From Polymyxa betae A26-41 (Eukaryota > Protista > Endomyxa: Phytomyxea), in NCBI GenBank assembly GCA_003693705.1, contig RBZT01000337.1, positions 1 to 64,000 on the forward strand: DNA of 64,000 nucleotides. Reading direction: 5' to 3'. A program made the position numbers and the translations under genes. The notes under the pieces are model-generated. The model was not told where the DNA came from. It ran no database searches and saw only the letters and a program-made list of their open reading frames with translations. Below, in pieces: positions 50,301 to 63,900 of this stretch. Positions within the stretch are counted from its first letter, which is position 1, and each line of letters starts with the position of its first letter.

Positions 50301-53300
50301 CCGATTACGAAGGCACTCAATGGCTCCAAGAACAGTTTTGTCTGACATGTCATGCGAACGGATGATTTCAGTGAAAGAATTAACCATTTGGCTCCGAAGA
50401 AATTTGAAGTTTCCGCAAGCTAGTGCTAACGTATTCGAGCTAACAGAACGGACAGAAGAGAAATCAAGTAGGCAAGACCATCGGACAAAATCAATAAGCT
50501 GAGAGACTTGAGAAGTAAACGAGAGGAACTGGCGCCCAAGATGAAACTGAAACATAATTAGATCAGAAAAACAAATCAAACATTAGACAACCGATTGTAG
50601 ATATCGAATGAACGTCTGCTCGACTAAAAGTGCTCGCATTATACAACGTTTTCCTGATTCAAACTCTTTTTGAGAACGAACTGCATATCGATTGGAAGCA
50701 GCAGTTTGCTCAAGAGAGTTTTCAGAAATCACCACCGCTACGGAACAAGAGTTAAATCACTCATAAGTAATACGCCAACAGACGACAACTACCATTTAGG
50801 AGCTGGTTTGAAAGTGATATAAGAACGCTCCAAAGCTCCGGTTTTGTGCTCTGAATTTTATCTTGGGATGCCCTGAAAAAAGTGGATACATGAACGATCA
50901 TGTTGGTAAACCAAACACGAAGATTGACATCTCCAATCTATACAGAAAACTAAGAAGAACATCAATAGATTGGAGAATTGAGACTTTGACAACAAACGGT
51001 TCAAAGACCCGAAGTGGCTCACATTTCAAAGTGACTGGATTTTTATGGAGCACTTCTCCTGCGACAGACATCAGCAGATATAATTCCTTCTATTTCGATT
51101 ACCAGAGAAATCGCCAGCAACGCACAGACATCCTTCCAAAACAGCGCGAACATTCATTAGTTGATTGATAATTTCTTCGATAGAAACCGACGACAGGTCT
51201 CCAAGCAAGGCAGAGCCACAGGTTGTAACAATATGAGAGCATGCCTTTTGTGCAGTTTCACATTCTTCTAGCGACGGTCGGTGCCAAACGACATCCTTAT
51301 TATGTTCTTAACCAAATTAGCAATTATCATGCTTAAGAGAGGGAGTCTACCTTGATCTTTGTCACCCTCAGCAAACTCGCCCCAGATTTGCCAGTGCTTC
51401 CAAGTAGAACATTCCCATGCGGAAGGCGAATACGGACGGTATCTGGAGTGATAGCGTTGAGTCGCTGAGTCTTTCGAAAAATATCTTACTCAGTAGGATA
51501 TACAGAAGTTAATGCCATCAACGTATTCCGCATCAGTTTTCGACCCATTTTCCTGACACCTTTGCTTTCGTTGGAAACTGCCAAACTGAAGACAGAAGTA
51601 ATTTGATCAACATATGGAAGGAGATGGACGCCACCAGATTCTCGAACTGAGCACGCAGCCAAATATAAAAACCATTCAAGTTGTTCTCCAGCCAATCCAT
51701 TAAAAAAACTTAGATTGGAAGAATTATTTCCTGTCCAGTCGACAGTCATTTAGCACTGACTATTACAAGATCTTCAAAACATTTCAATACCTGGACCAAT
51801 AATCTTGTGAATTAAAGGCAATGTTAGATGTTGGAAGGTTTGTTCAGGGTAACCTAACGAAGCGACTCTCACGAGGACCCCAAAGTATTTCCGGGAATTC
51901 AACTGGGTATTATCAATCAGGAACGAATACAGGAATTGAACGCAAGAAAGATGCGAAGACGAAGACAAGCTACAGAAGAAAGGCCTGCACGTTCGGTACA
52001 AAATGCGAGTAAGGCCTTGATCACGATCTGAAATATCACATTAGACAATAATCCAAAAAGAGCGAAACAGCATACGGCTAGTCTTTTCGACTGCATCAAA
52101 ATGTTTCAAAACATTGCAAATTTTCTCTAAAAATGCCAGACTCCATCTAGGCATGAGTTAGTACGAATAAAATGGATAACAAAGCAATACTCTGGAAACC
52201 CGATAGTGGCATGGCGAGCCTCCTCTTCCTCGTCACTGTCGGTCATTTGGTCTTTCCCTTCAACAAGTGGGATCCTATTACGAGCGTCATGGTAATCACT
52301 CATGAATCATGACGTCCTGACATGTAGAAAATCATTCCAATTAAGGATAAAGCTGATATCGACTTTAACAGATTGATTCCATCAAAGCATTCTAAAGCAG
52401 CCCATAATATGCCATTCAAGTGCTGAAGGCAGGTCGATTCAGAAAAAAGCACAGGGGGCTACACGCGTTTGTACCTGAGCCCCAGCGGGGTAAATTCGTC
52501 GATTGAATAGCGGATGACAAACTGCAGCTAAAAGACCCAAGCTTGACAAAGTACGATTCGATTCAGATGTCGCCTCCAAATTCAATTTGGCATCGGCCAA
52601 TATTTGAGGGAATATTTTGAAAGGAACTATGTAGCCTAACAAATTTTAACAGCAGAAAATGAGAAAAGGATAAGTGTACTTAAGTGCTTTAAGCAATCTT
52701 GAGCACAAAGAACCATAGAGGACCTGGAATATACAGCATCATTGGCAATAGGAAAAACAACGTCGTAGAAACTGTTGACGACGTTCTCTGAAAGAGGACG
52801 ACCAGATCGATGCAACTAAAAGCAGAGTCAACTAGGGTAAGTGTGGAATTCTCAGAGGTATACGCTCCAATGAAGCTTGGCGAAATATCGAGAAACAAAT
52901 GATAAAAAATCTGCCAGCCTGATGATGGCTCAGAGACTCGAATCATTAGAGAGAAAACTGTTACGGTGCCGTCCACGCCCCCGTATTTGATGGGTGAAAA
53001 AAGGTGGATGTTGTTTGAAAGAATCTCTGCAAAAGTACTATGGCTTGTTGTGACTCGTTCCTGATATTATAAACGACGAATTTCGCCATGAACCTAACAA
53101 TACTTTTAAATGATATGAAGCAGAATCGCAAAAGCCGGACCTCGACAAAGCGTTAACTGGAAGTACCCAATCCAATTCCTTGGGCCACACTTTTTGGGAT
53201 GAACGAGACTCTGCAATCCCTGCAGCTCCATCAACTGAAAGAGGAAGATGCTGTAAAAACCAATGAAAGCATAAAGGCAGATATTGCTCCAAATCGACTT

Positions 53301-54309
53301 TCTTATTGAGATAATCGTGCTTGGCAGTTCGTGACAAAGCTGATAGCACGCAAGTGACCACTTTAGAGCAAGGGTCGATTCTAGTTGTTTGCTCAACTAG
53401 CTTTGGAATCCAGTTGCTAGCAGAATTATCGACAGGACTGACAAAGTTCAGTAACTGCAAATTTCAATTGTTTGGAAAGATGCTTACAGGAAGAGGTGTA
53501 GTATCAAAAAATTAATATGGTACGAAAGATTGTGGGGGCTTCCTCCATTGGACCAGAGCTTTTCCGTTAATTCCGATGCGGAGCCGGGAGGAAAGAACCG
53601 CTTTCCCCGAGCGATAGCTTTTATGATAGACTCGCGATGAGCTCGAATAACACCATGTCCTCCGAAGCTTGGATTACAATCCATCGTAATGTGAATATCA
53701 TTAAAACGTTGAAAAAGGGGCCGCCAGTCAACAGGATTTATCGCACTGCAACGTCGGAAGCGGCGCCAAAGAATAGATAGACAAGTCAATATCTGGCTTT
53801 GTAAGGGAAGATGCAAGAGCGAAGGACGCTGTAAAGCTGACATTAAAGACGAACAAAGAATCGACACTTGCTTAGGTTCAAGTTTACAACGAGTTTCTGT
53901 ATCAAGCTCAGAGAAAACCTGCTACATGTGAATCGAATTGACCTAAAATCAACAGAAGGTATCGGATAGATAACAAGGCATCATCGACCGAGTCTACATT
54001 CCAGAACTCGGGTTGCGTGATGGCCTCAGCGATGCTGCTGAGCACCAGGACGGACCGATCAGGATAAGGCCCATTGAGGTGCATGTTTTTTTGGGCACCA
54101 TCAAATGACATTATCGTAATGAAAATGGCAGGTTCTGTGCCTGCAAGTGCAACGTCCTTTGTTTGAGACAGTTGATAGGGCACTATGTAACATAAAGCAG
54201 GAGCCCGCGCAAACAGTCATTCATTTCTTTCCAGAGTTTTTTCAAGATTGACTTGCTTCATCAAATCACATGTTACAGTAGAGTAACAACTCATTCACTA
54301 TTCATCCAT
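47313..54309 (-). CDS. PSME4: Proteasome activator PA200/PSME4/Blm10, multi-exon; 5' end approximate
   Basis: Large HEAT protein. DWRPLF, LECFDGINLLKS, WHRPSLEE, LRHAAVLALTALLRSEPYRVPEWMP and C-terminal FTEFKRTHQDTWHIDKEKFTEEQL...SYFA* (YYA-type proteasome-docking end). Confidence 0.9.
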
Positions 54310-54519
54310 GATATTAACCAAAAGAACGGATTCGACATTTCCAATTGTCGGTAAAGCAGTTATCACCTGACTATGAATTATGCCAGTCTCTGTTTTTTCT
54401 GGCCATCGAATCCAAATCATACAATGGTCAGAGAAAGAAAACGTTTTTTAAAAAGCTGCATCTGAGCGTGGTAGCTTTCTGATAAAAACTGTTTATGCTC
54501 AATATCTTACGGTATAATA

Positions 54520-55500
54520 CCGTTTTTTTATATGCAGGTGAGAATTGTGTTTGGGTAGAATCAATATTAATGAGTCTGTCATATATTCTACGGACTCCGA
54601 AATAATTAACCCCCTTCTAGGCTGTGGACGGACCATCTACATCTCTCCTTTGCTAGATCACGTACAGTCTGTAAATTGTCTGCCAGACTGCAACGACATT
54701 AGCTGTGGTAAGTCATCAGATGACAACAACATTTCACATGATTATACTTTTTATTTATGGAATCTCGTTAATCGTGATTACTCTGTGATGACCATTTAAC
54801 TATGAAAACGCTTTCTCCTTTCTTTGTCTATGCTCATTTTCTCGAAGTCCTGATTTCTTCTTCGTATAGGGTTCACATTCCGATCTGTGCTGTTGGCACT
54901 TTGCTGCCTTTTGAACTTAATTTCATAATAATACAACTGCATTATTATCACATAAATTTGATTTGCGTTGACAAGCAGCAGCTTTTATTCGATCTGGTAT
55001 GATGTTTGCTATACTGTATTCAAGAGTACTTTACGCGTAGGCATTTTTCCATTCCGACGTCGTACAGTAGAGCAGCGGTAAATTCAGTCTATCTAACATG
55101 TCACTACCGATTCAGCAGGTTTGTGAGCTTTAACAGGGGGCTTTGCTGAAGCTTTGTTTAGGAGCTGGACACATATCGCCGTCAAAATGCATGGTCGATC
55201 CATAATTGGAAAGGTAAGTCAGAAGACCCACATCAAAACCGCCAAGGCTCAAACAAATACAAATCTATAGGGTTAATTGTCGGGTTTCTTTCTGGAAACT
55301 ATATTTCAGCGAAACTTCCTCGGTCTGTTCCACTGGGCATACGGCTTGTGCCTTTGTTTTCTTTTACAATTGCCGGAATATATTTTGACGACGCCACCAT
55401 GAAAGAGAAGTTTCAAGAAGGCAGTAAGATAGATCGGCAGATATTATGCCAAACTAAACACTGATATAATAGGAAAAGAACATGTAACCATGAAGCAGTA
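54520..55500 (+). pseudogene. Possible degraded multi-exon membrane-protein gene
   Basis: Clear splice-like signals (gtaagt...ctatag; gtaaga...aatag) flank hydrophobic segments such as GLIVGFLSGNYISAKLP...LVPLFSFTIAGIYF, but the frames do not join cleanly. Confidence 0.25.
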
Positions 55501-56672
55501 AGACAATTATAAACCAATTGCGAAGCAAACTGTTGCTTTTTTTTGCTACAACCGCTTCTAAATTTGATAAACAGCCTTTATCCACATTGAAGTGATAGAG
55601 GGTCTGGACGGCAGCCCGACCGCACCAGAATTTGATATGAGTTTTTCAGAAAATGTACCATCAAAGGTTCCAGATAAACTTGTTCTAATTCAAGTCAGGC
55701 TCAAATCATAATCAGCATGCCACATTTTTATGTAAATGGAGGGATATTTGGGAATATGACTGGGGAAACAATTGAAAATAAAATACTGTGTTAATTTGTA
55801 TGAGAAGTGGAACACCCCAGGCGGAAATGAGGTATTGTATTCAGTCTCGGTTTAACGACACGTAGTTAGACGATTACTTTATGTTCTCCTCAAATATCAT
55901 AATAACATTATAATTGAGACAGAGGAAGCGCCATAATGACGACGCTACCACGACATAAGAAGTTTGATAAGGAAATTGATTTATGGATCTGGAATGAAAT
56001 CACAAGTAGGATGCAATAGTTATGTAGATGCGGGTGCTATGATGTAACCACAAATTCGCCCAATTGATTACAGATATTAGAATTGGCGTGTTGGATATAG
56101 CGAAGAAGGACACCAGGTCGTTGGAGCTTGGGATAATGATGTCCATTTTGTTCGGAGCGTCATTACTACTTTTAAGCAATCGCCTAACGCAATCGTTGGT
56201 GAGTCAAGTCAGTTTAAAAAATAGTCTGATCGTTTTGGCGTTTTGAATATGGTCCCGGCATTTGTGGAGACAGCAACACTTTTCAGCATGCAGATGGTTG
56301 ACTCTAGTAAATAGTCTACTGGTGAATTGCAAATCTATTCTTGATGACCTTCCAATCACATTCCAGGTCCTACCTTTTTCCAGAAGTACCGATATTACGT
56401 AATACATAAAAAATTATTATTAATAAATGCCGGTGCTGAATTTTTTTTTGGTACATCGGACAGTCCAGAAAAGTAGATGGCTGATGGCGTGGCCTCTTGT
56501 ATGCGATGAAAGGAATGGAAGAGTTCAAACTAGAAGGCTGGTCTCCATTGTATACAGCTAGGTCGCAGCCATCTCACGATACATTCAGAGTCGACCTAAG
56601 ACCAGCATATCCATAATCGTGCTGACGAGCTCACAGTAGTCGTTTGTCTTCAGTTTGCTGCAGCTGTAAAAG

Positions 56673-58874
56673 ATGTGGCATTCATTCTTGCGAGCTTCTG
56701 CCGCATGGAATCGCAATCTTGTCGTGGCTGCCACGGTCGGGTCGACTTTGGCTGCGTCTTGGGCCTTCCCTCGATTTGCCGATGCCTGTGGCATTGTCGC
56801 CTATGTAGGCAAAGAACCCAAAGATCCGGCTGTCAAATATCTATTGGAGGGGCTGACCATTTTACAAAATCGGGGATATGATTCCTGTGGTGTCGCAACT
56901 ATCAATTCTAAGAAAGAGATTATTACGACGAAGTTCGCCAGCGCCGATTCTACCAGCGATTCCATCAAATTACTTTCAACCGCTGCACCTCCTTTGCATG
57001 AGGGTAATCCAGTTGGGATTGCCCATACAAGGTGGGCCACGCATGGAGGGAAGACAGATGCAAATGCACACCCGCACTCTGACGCTAAGAACCGAATCGC
57101 TCTTGTTCACAATGGAACTATCGAAAATGCTAACGAGTTGAAGCAAGAACTAAAGGAGCTCGGATTGCCATTCAAATCTGATACCGATAGTGAAGTCATC
57201 GCTGTTCTCATTGGGCGCTACTTAGACGAAGGGTTGGAAACAATGGACGCTGTGAAAAAAGCTTTATCGCGACTTCATGGTACATGGGGGCTGTGTATTC
57301 TGGATACGGCTCATCCCGACCGAATCATCGCCGCCCGAAACGGCTCCCCGCTTGTCGTCGGAATCGCTGAAGGCCGGATGTTTCTTGGCAGCGAGTTTTC
57401 TTCGTTTGGACGATATACCAATCAGTACATTCCACTTCGCGATGGTGAAGTTGCTGTTGTCGAAGCGGGTGCCGTTTCACTTGATAAGTCCCGTCAAGAA
57501 AGCGCTCCAAAGACTGATGATATTTTACTTTCTCCAGCACCTTATGCGCATTGGACAATTAGAGAAGTCAGATATTGTTGTTTGCTTAGAGAATCGGAAG
57601 GCTGATTTATCTCGCAGATAAATGAGCAACCTGAAGCCATCTCTCGCGCACTTGGTTATGGTGGCCGTATGCACCGAGGACGTGTCAAACTTGGTGGACT
57701 TCAAGCTAAGCAAGAGACATTAGCCAAAATTAATCATTTGGTTATCGCAGCCTGTGGAACTAGTCTGTTCGCTTCGCAATATGGTGCTGCTATTATGCGA
57801 TATCTTAATGCATTTGATTCGGTCCAGACCGTCGATGCAGCAGAAATGATCCAAGATTCGCTGCCTGCTCAAGGCGGAGGGTTATTAGTTGTTTCTCAAT
57901 CGGGTGAAACTAAAGATGTGCACCGAGCGGTGCTGCTTGCAGCAGAGAATGAACTTCCGCGATTTTCAGTCATAAACAGTGTTGGCTCGTTGATTGCTAG
58001 AACTACCAAGTGTGGTGTCTACATCAATGCTGGCCGTGAGCATGCCGTTGCTTCCACAAAAGCATTTGTCACTCAAGTATGCCCAAATGCAAATGCCTTC
58101 TAAAGTCGTTGATTGTAATGTAGGTTGTCGTGATGTGTCTCATTGCAGGATGGTTTGCTCAGCTTCGGGATCGACCTGAATCTAAGCAAAGAATTGACGA
58201 AGTGTTGGAATCGCTTCATAAGCTCCCAGTTTATTGCGGAATTACCTTGAAATCAAATCCTCACATTTCTGAGATTGCTTCCAAGATCAAAAATGCAAAA
58301 CATATGTTTGTTCTGGGTCGTGGATTTTCGGAATCGATTGCCAGAGAAGGGGCTCTTAAGATCAAGGAAATTACATATATTCATGCTGAGGTAAATATTC
58401 CTTTTTAATTTACAGGAGCTGCCTATGTTGAATTGTAGGGATACCCTGGTGGTGCGTTGAAACATGGGCCGTTTGCTTTGATTGAGAAGGACACTCCTAT
58501 TATTCTGATTATTCCTAATGATGAAAATGCTGCTTTGATGCGGACAGCTGCTGAGGTAAACTCCAACATGTCTCACGATTCACGTACTGAAGGCTTTTTA
58601 GGAAGTACGAGCTAGAGGTGCCCGCACTATAATTATCACAGATAACGAGAAGATTGCCGATCATATTGCTGACGAGGTGATACTAATTCCTGAGAATGGC
58701 CCGCTGACTGCGTTAATGGCAGCTGTTCCGTTGCAGCAGCTCGCTTGTGAGTATTTGCGCGTATACTCCATGTATGGTGCTGAGCTAGTTTTTCTCTTAG
58801 ACGAACTAGCAATTCAACGCGGTATTGATCCGGATAAGCCTAAGAATCTGGCAAAGGCTGTCACTGTTGATTGA
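56673..58874 (+). CDS. GFAT: Glutamine:fructose-6-phosphate amidotransferase (GFAT/GlmS) with 38-aa N-terminal presequence, multi-exon
   Basis: CGIVAY...[70 protein letters not shown] and [11 protein letters not shown]. Confidence 0.95.
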
Positions 58875-58947
58875 AATTACCTTATTGTTCGATAGCGTGT
58901 CTGTAAAATACGACAGTAGATCTCTGACGCCCATAAACTGATTGTTT

Positions 58948-60118
58948 TTATACTTTATTTATGGGTAACAGTATTGGAGGTAGCCTTATTACCTCGCGTA
59001 TTTTTTCTAAAGTCTGCCTAGCTTTGTCTTTTCTGGCGAATGCAGTATTTGCCTCTTGTCGACTCTTCAGCAGCGTACTGTTTCTGGGACTGATCGAGTG
59101 GTTCAAACGTGTCGTTCGTTGAACAAAATGACAATTTTGATCAAAAGTTAACAAGACCTGAACCAATTGCTGTACCGGTTGAACTGTTTCAATCTTCTAC
59201 GAGAATTTCAGAAGTTAACATTTGTATCCATTTTGCTGGGCATTACCATCCGAGCGCTTGATGGATCTTTCCTCGCTGATAAGCACAAAGATGGAAACTG
59301 CTCAACTAGAGAAACCACCCTTAGCAATGCATTCGAAAAGGACATCAAACAAAATGCCTCGTCTAGTAGGATGTGTTTTTGATAACGACTTCTTCCTGCG
59401 TTTTTGCTTCGCCTGAACAGCAATTCTTGGTGTAAGTTTAGCGATATGTGTCAATGGAATCAGAGGACGTGCTTGACCGCCAATCCCTCTTGGACCGTAG
59501 TTTAACATATTGCAAAGGCTGATGAAACTCAGGAGTACCTTAGCTGCATTTTGGCGTTCGTTACAAATGCTGCATGGAACGAAGATGAAGGATATTCCGC
59601 ATTCTTATCAGCAGCTGCTTCGTTGTAAGGAAAGTGACGTCTCTCTAAATGCTCGCCAAGTTTTGTCGGTTCACGATCTTGGCTGTCTAATACAAAGGTC
59701 TGGATGTCACTAATTCTCAAAGGCCGTCATTGTTGCATGTATCACCTTGCTGCGGCTGCAAAGGTCTTTTGTGTGGAAGTCGCAGTAATAAGGGTCCATC
59801 GACAATCATCAACGTAGTCGTTCAATATCAAGATTTGCTTCTCTATCAGGATATTTTCTGATTCACTTTAGCGATCCATTGAAAAAGAGATCTTTGGCGT
59901 TTGCACATCGCTTGGTCTTCGCCTGATACGAATATTTATCTTTGACGACTTTGAATGGACATTAAAGCAGCTCTGCTTGAATGAAAAAACTTAAGGCCCT
60001 TCAAATTGACGTATGGCCAAAATAAAGGCGTTCTAAATCTGCATTGCTCAAAACAGTTTTGTATGTCTACAAGAATGGTTGACAAAATTTCCAAATATTT
60101 CTGCTTTGGTAAAGTCAT
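58948..60118 (-). pseudogene. Hypothetical multi-exon gene or pseudogene
   Basis: Exon-like segments with splice signals. The best frame in the second exon contains an in-frame TAA (59868-59870). No recognisable domain. Confidence 0.3.
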
Positions 60119-60219
60119 TGGCGAAATTTGAGCCTGTTGAACAGGACAAACTAATAAGCGACAAAGTCAGTTGCAAATTGTTATAGGTCGAATTTGTTTA
60201 ATATCAGACAGAGCAACAT

Positions 60220-60588
60220 TTATTCGTCCTCGACGTTGACGGTCTGTTGGTTCTTGAAGTTCTCGCAGGGCACGTAGGTCACCAGAGTGTACAGTTTCTG
60301 TTTGGCGTTCTCGTCTTCATTGCGCTTGCGGTGCAAGCGAACCCGGACACGGTAGACGACATTACGGATGCCTTTCGACCATACGTGTTTGTTCAGGTCA
60401 GCATCAATACGAACATCTTCGGTTTTCATCTGTTTCATGGCGAATTCGCGAATGGCCTTGATAGCTCGCGGAGCACGCTTTTTAAAGGAGGTGCCATGAA
60501 TACGTTTGTGGATGTTAATCGTGTATTCACGGGTGACGATGTCGGCAGCGCGGGTCGGCTTGCGCTCAGCTTTGGTAGCCTTGACCAT
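60220..60588 (-). CDS. RPL31: 60S ribosomal protein L31 (eL31), intronless CDS
   Basis: [33 protein letters not shown]...[28 protein letters not shown]. Confidence 0.98.
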   Translation of the reverse strand: MVKATKAERKPTRAADIVTREYTINIHKRIHGTSFKKRAPRAIKAIREFAMKQMKTEDVRIDADLNKHVWSKGIRNVVYRVRVRLHRKRNEDENAKQKLYTLVTYVPCENFKNQQTVNVEDE

Positions 60589-60933
60589 GGTTGCAGATTT
60601 TGTCAACGACAATTACCTTCGTCTGAGAGCGCAGTCCGCGACGGAGTCCAGATCAGCTGATAATAGCGCCATTCAATATATTGACCCAACACATCTAAAA
60701 ATCCTGCTTTCTTTTCTTCTGGTTAAACTTTCAGAAGTCTGTTCTTTCGAGATTTGATCACTGAAGATGATAACGATTGATTATCAAATAAACACTAGGT
60801 CTCACATAGTACCTTTCCAATTATTGTATTTGTATGAATATTATTCAATGAATTACTGTAACTATCGTATTAGGCAGAGAGCAGTGGGATTCCAAGTAAA
60901 TATAGTAGTTGCATGGTATATATACAATGGATA

Positions 60934-63900
60934 TCAGGAATCGCCTGGGTTATATTCCAGTCTGTCCATGAAGGCTGAATGTACCCGAACGACATTACGC
61001 AAAAGTAATGCAGGTTCTGCTGAGTTCGATCCGATCTCAGCTATCATCGACAGAAAAAAATCTGGCAATCGGTCGCGATTCAGGTATTCGCTGAGCTGGG
61101 AAACTTGCTCTTCTGAGTCAAGAATTGGAGGGTCATCACGGGCCACGTCGTAGTCGAAATCAAAGCAAATCTGTTCCTTTTTCTTTTTCGTTTTGGAGGC
61201 GCCGAGGAACCCACGACAAGATTCAGCTCCACAAAGACATTTTGTCATCGCCAGTCCAATTCTTTCGAAATTATAGTCCATGGTGACTTCAGTGCCTTTT
61301 GGAAGATCTCGTAGAGAGAAAATCCCGATTCGAGGCGACCCACGAACCGACCATTTCTGGGTCTCGCACGATGGTTCACAGCTGTGATTACAGAATCGAC
61401 CAATATTGCCTCGTCTCGTAGCATCGATGATGATGTTGTTGTAGAGCGACAGAAGATAAAAGTGTTTTTCGGCACGATATTCATTCCGACATCGATCTTT
61501 ACAAGTTTGAAAATCAACAAGCTGCAAAATGTAATTTAAGTAAAAAGATGAGAATAAACATCAAATCCAACCTCTCCGACATACTCAATCATAAGATCAC
61601 CTTGACGAACATCCTGTGCAAGTACAAGACCCCAGCCTTTTTCTCCCATCTGTAATCGATTAATGAAAGAAAATTCATGCTAGTGACACGAACATATTCA
61701 ACAGTCAGTTTCGCCCACTGCCGTTTTTGAAATCTTTGGTTCGTGCAGCGATCTCCTAGTTTGCATTGATCCGGCTCGCATTCTACATGCGTTAGACGAT
61801 TGATGCAACAAGAACCGCAACCAGGTGCAATCTCAACAGGGCATTCACAGTCTAGAATCTCATCACCGCCGGCATATTCAGGCAGGATGGTTGTTGGCAA
61901 ACAAATGTCTGTATAAGCGAAGTCATTCAGAGATACGGTCTGAGATGCTGAGATAAATATTACTTCTGTTGATAATGAAAAACGGAGGCGGATTGTTGAC
62001 AAAAGTTCCAGTTTTCCGGAGACCATCCAATTCGATCTCGGATAATCTGCCTTGAGCCATAGAAAATGGCAATTTGAATTCGGTCTGGTCATTCAGCATC
62101 TCAGCACCACCACTTAACGGAAGTGGCAAGACTAATGTCAGAGATCAGCAAACAAGAGGATAAAAGAACCTAAAGTAAGCCTTACGATCGCGGGTTTTGT
62201 TTCGTGGAAACACGAGATCGCAATATAGACCTTTGTTAGTGGTACTGGAAGAGGAGGAAGGGAAGGAGAGTAACTGGACCCCGATTCTGCCTTTAGCATA
62301 GCGAATATAGAGAAAATTGGACCCAGCTTCCTCTTCAGTAATCTCGCCTTCGGTGAAGCTCGCAGCACCAACGAGCTCTTCGCTAACTGTTGGAATCTCA
62401 TCGTTCACACTTGGAGATGACTCGTCTTCGACATCCACAGAATCCAGTTTAGGGAGTTTGCTATCTGATCTATAAGCGACGAGCCTGGCGGGACGAAGGT
62501 TGACCCGAGTTGATGGTGTTGAATAAACAGGTCGAACAAGGGGCCTCCTTGGGCGATGATTTTCATCCAAACGGGGAATAGCTGTTGACGTAAGCACAGG
62601 GGCGCGCATCTGAAACTTGGTTTTTGATAAAATGGCTTCTTTTTCAGCTGCAGATAGAAGTCGTTTAACCGGAATCTGAGAATTAATTGATGCTTCTGTA
62701 CCCAAACTTGGGGCTGTCGAATTAGAGTTTTCTGGCGATCCAGAATTATTTTCAATGGAATCCAATTCTTTAGAGGTTAAATTGGCCCAAGGGACATCAG
62801 CCAATTTCCATTCTGTTTGCTGTGCAGATCCCCAAGAATCAGAAACCCGGCGTTCATTGTCTGAGCCCCAGATGAACGATTTGAGAAAAGGGGCTCGGCG
62901 AGAGTGGAAAGGTCGATGCCGACTAAAACTTTCGAAAGTTTCGCCTTGAGCCCGTCCATGGTCAATTTCCATTGATTGGCTTGGAGCACGTTTAGAGTTT
63001 TGAGATTGAAATCCATTCTTGGAGTTCCAGTGGCGCTTTCCCCAAAAAGCAGCGTTATTACAATCGGATTGCCATCGTCGCTTGAAAAACAGCTCATTGA
63101 GAAGGGAACTTTCAGCTCCAAAGAAGCATCGCTCGCATTTACAAGGCATCAGGCAAACACTCGGAATGCGTGTTTTACGAGATGCTTTATCGCTTGAAGA
63201 CAGTTCGGGGCAAAAAATATCTTGAGAAGTTGTTTTCAAAGATGTAATCTCAATACCTCGCATAGGGCAAGCTAGTACAGTTTCTTCGTGCTTTAGGTCG
63301 TTCCCTTCTAAACCAGGAGCTTTCTGAACAAGATGGGTTTCGGATGCAATAATATCACAATTAGATCCTGAGACAAACGGTCCGTGGATAGGTGCAGACT
63401 CAATATCTTGCAAAGAGCAGACTGATAAACCAGGATCTTCCTGTAATGGATGGAATTCGGATTGCATAGCAATAGAATGAGACTCTGGGTTGAGCGGTAG
63501 GTGGACAGCCTGAGAGTCGTCAGCTGGTTCATGATGGCATTGAAAATCGAGTGAAGCCTTGACAAATTCAATAACTTCCGCTGGGTAAAGCGATTGGTCA
63601 TCACAGGTAGTTGTCTGTGTATCTAACTGCTCCCGGCAAATACGTTTGCCTTCAATAGCATTAACGTTAGCGAGAAGATTGTCCGGAGCTGGACATTCAC
63701 AGTCATGTTGCTCTGGAATCGGTCCAGTGGGGATAGATGAATGGACGGCATTCGAATCTTTCTGCAAGGTTTCAGATTTTAAGTTCAGTCCGGGAGAAAT
63801 CCCAAACAGTATACGATTCCGGTTAATACGAGATTTCCCGAGCACAACACGAGAACGTGTATTCTCAGAAGGGCTACGATGGCCACCCCGCTGAGTTTTG

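Noticed and set aside
60247-60660. 137-aa + strand ORF antisense to RPL31, and many other antisense or alternative-frame ORFs in the track
   Set aside because: Shadow ORFs from codon bias and repeats of real genes. No domain signal.
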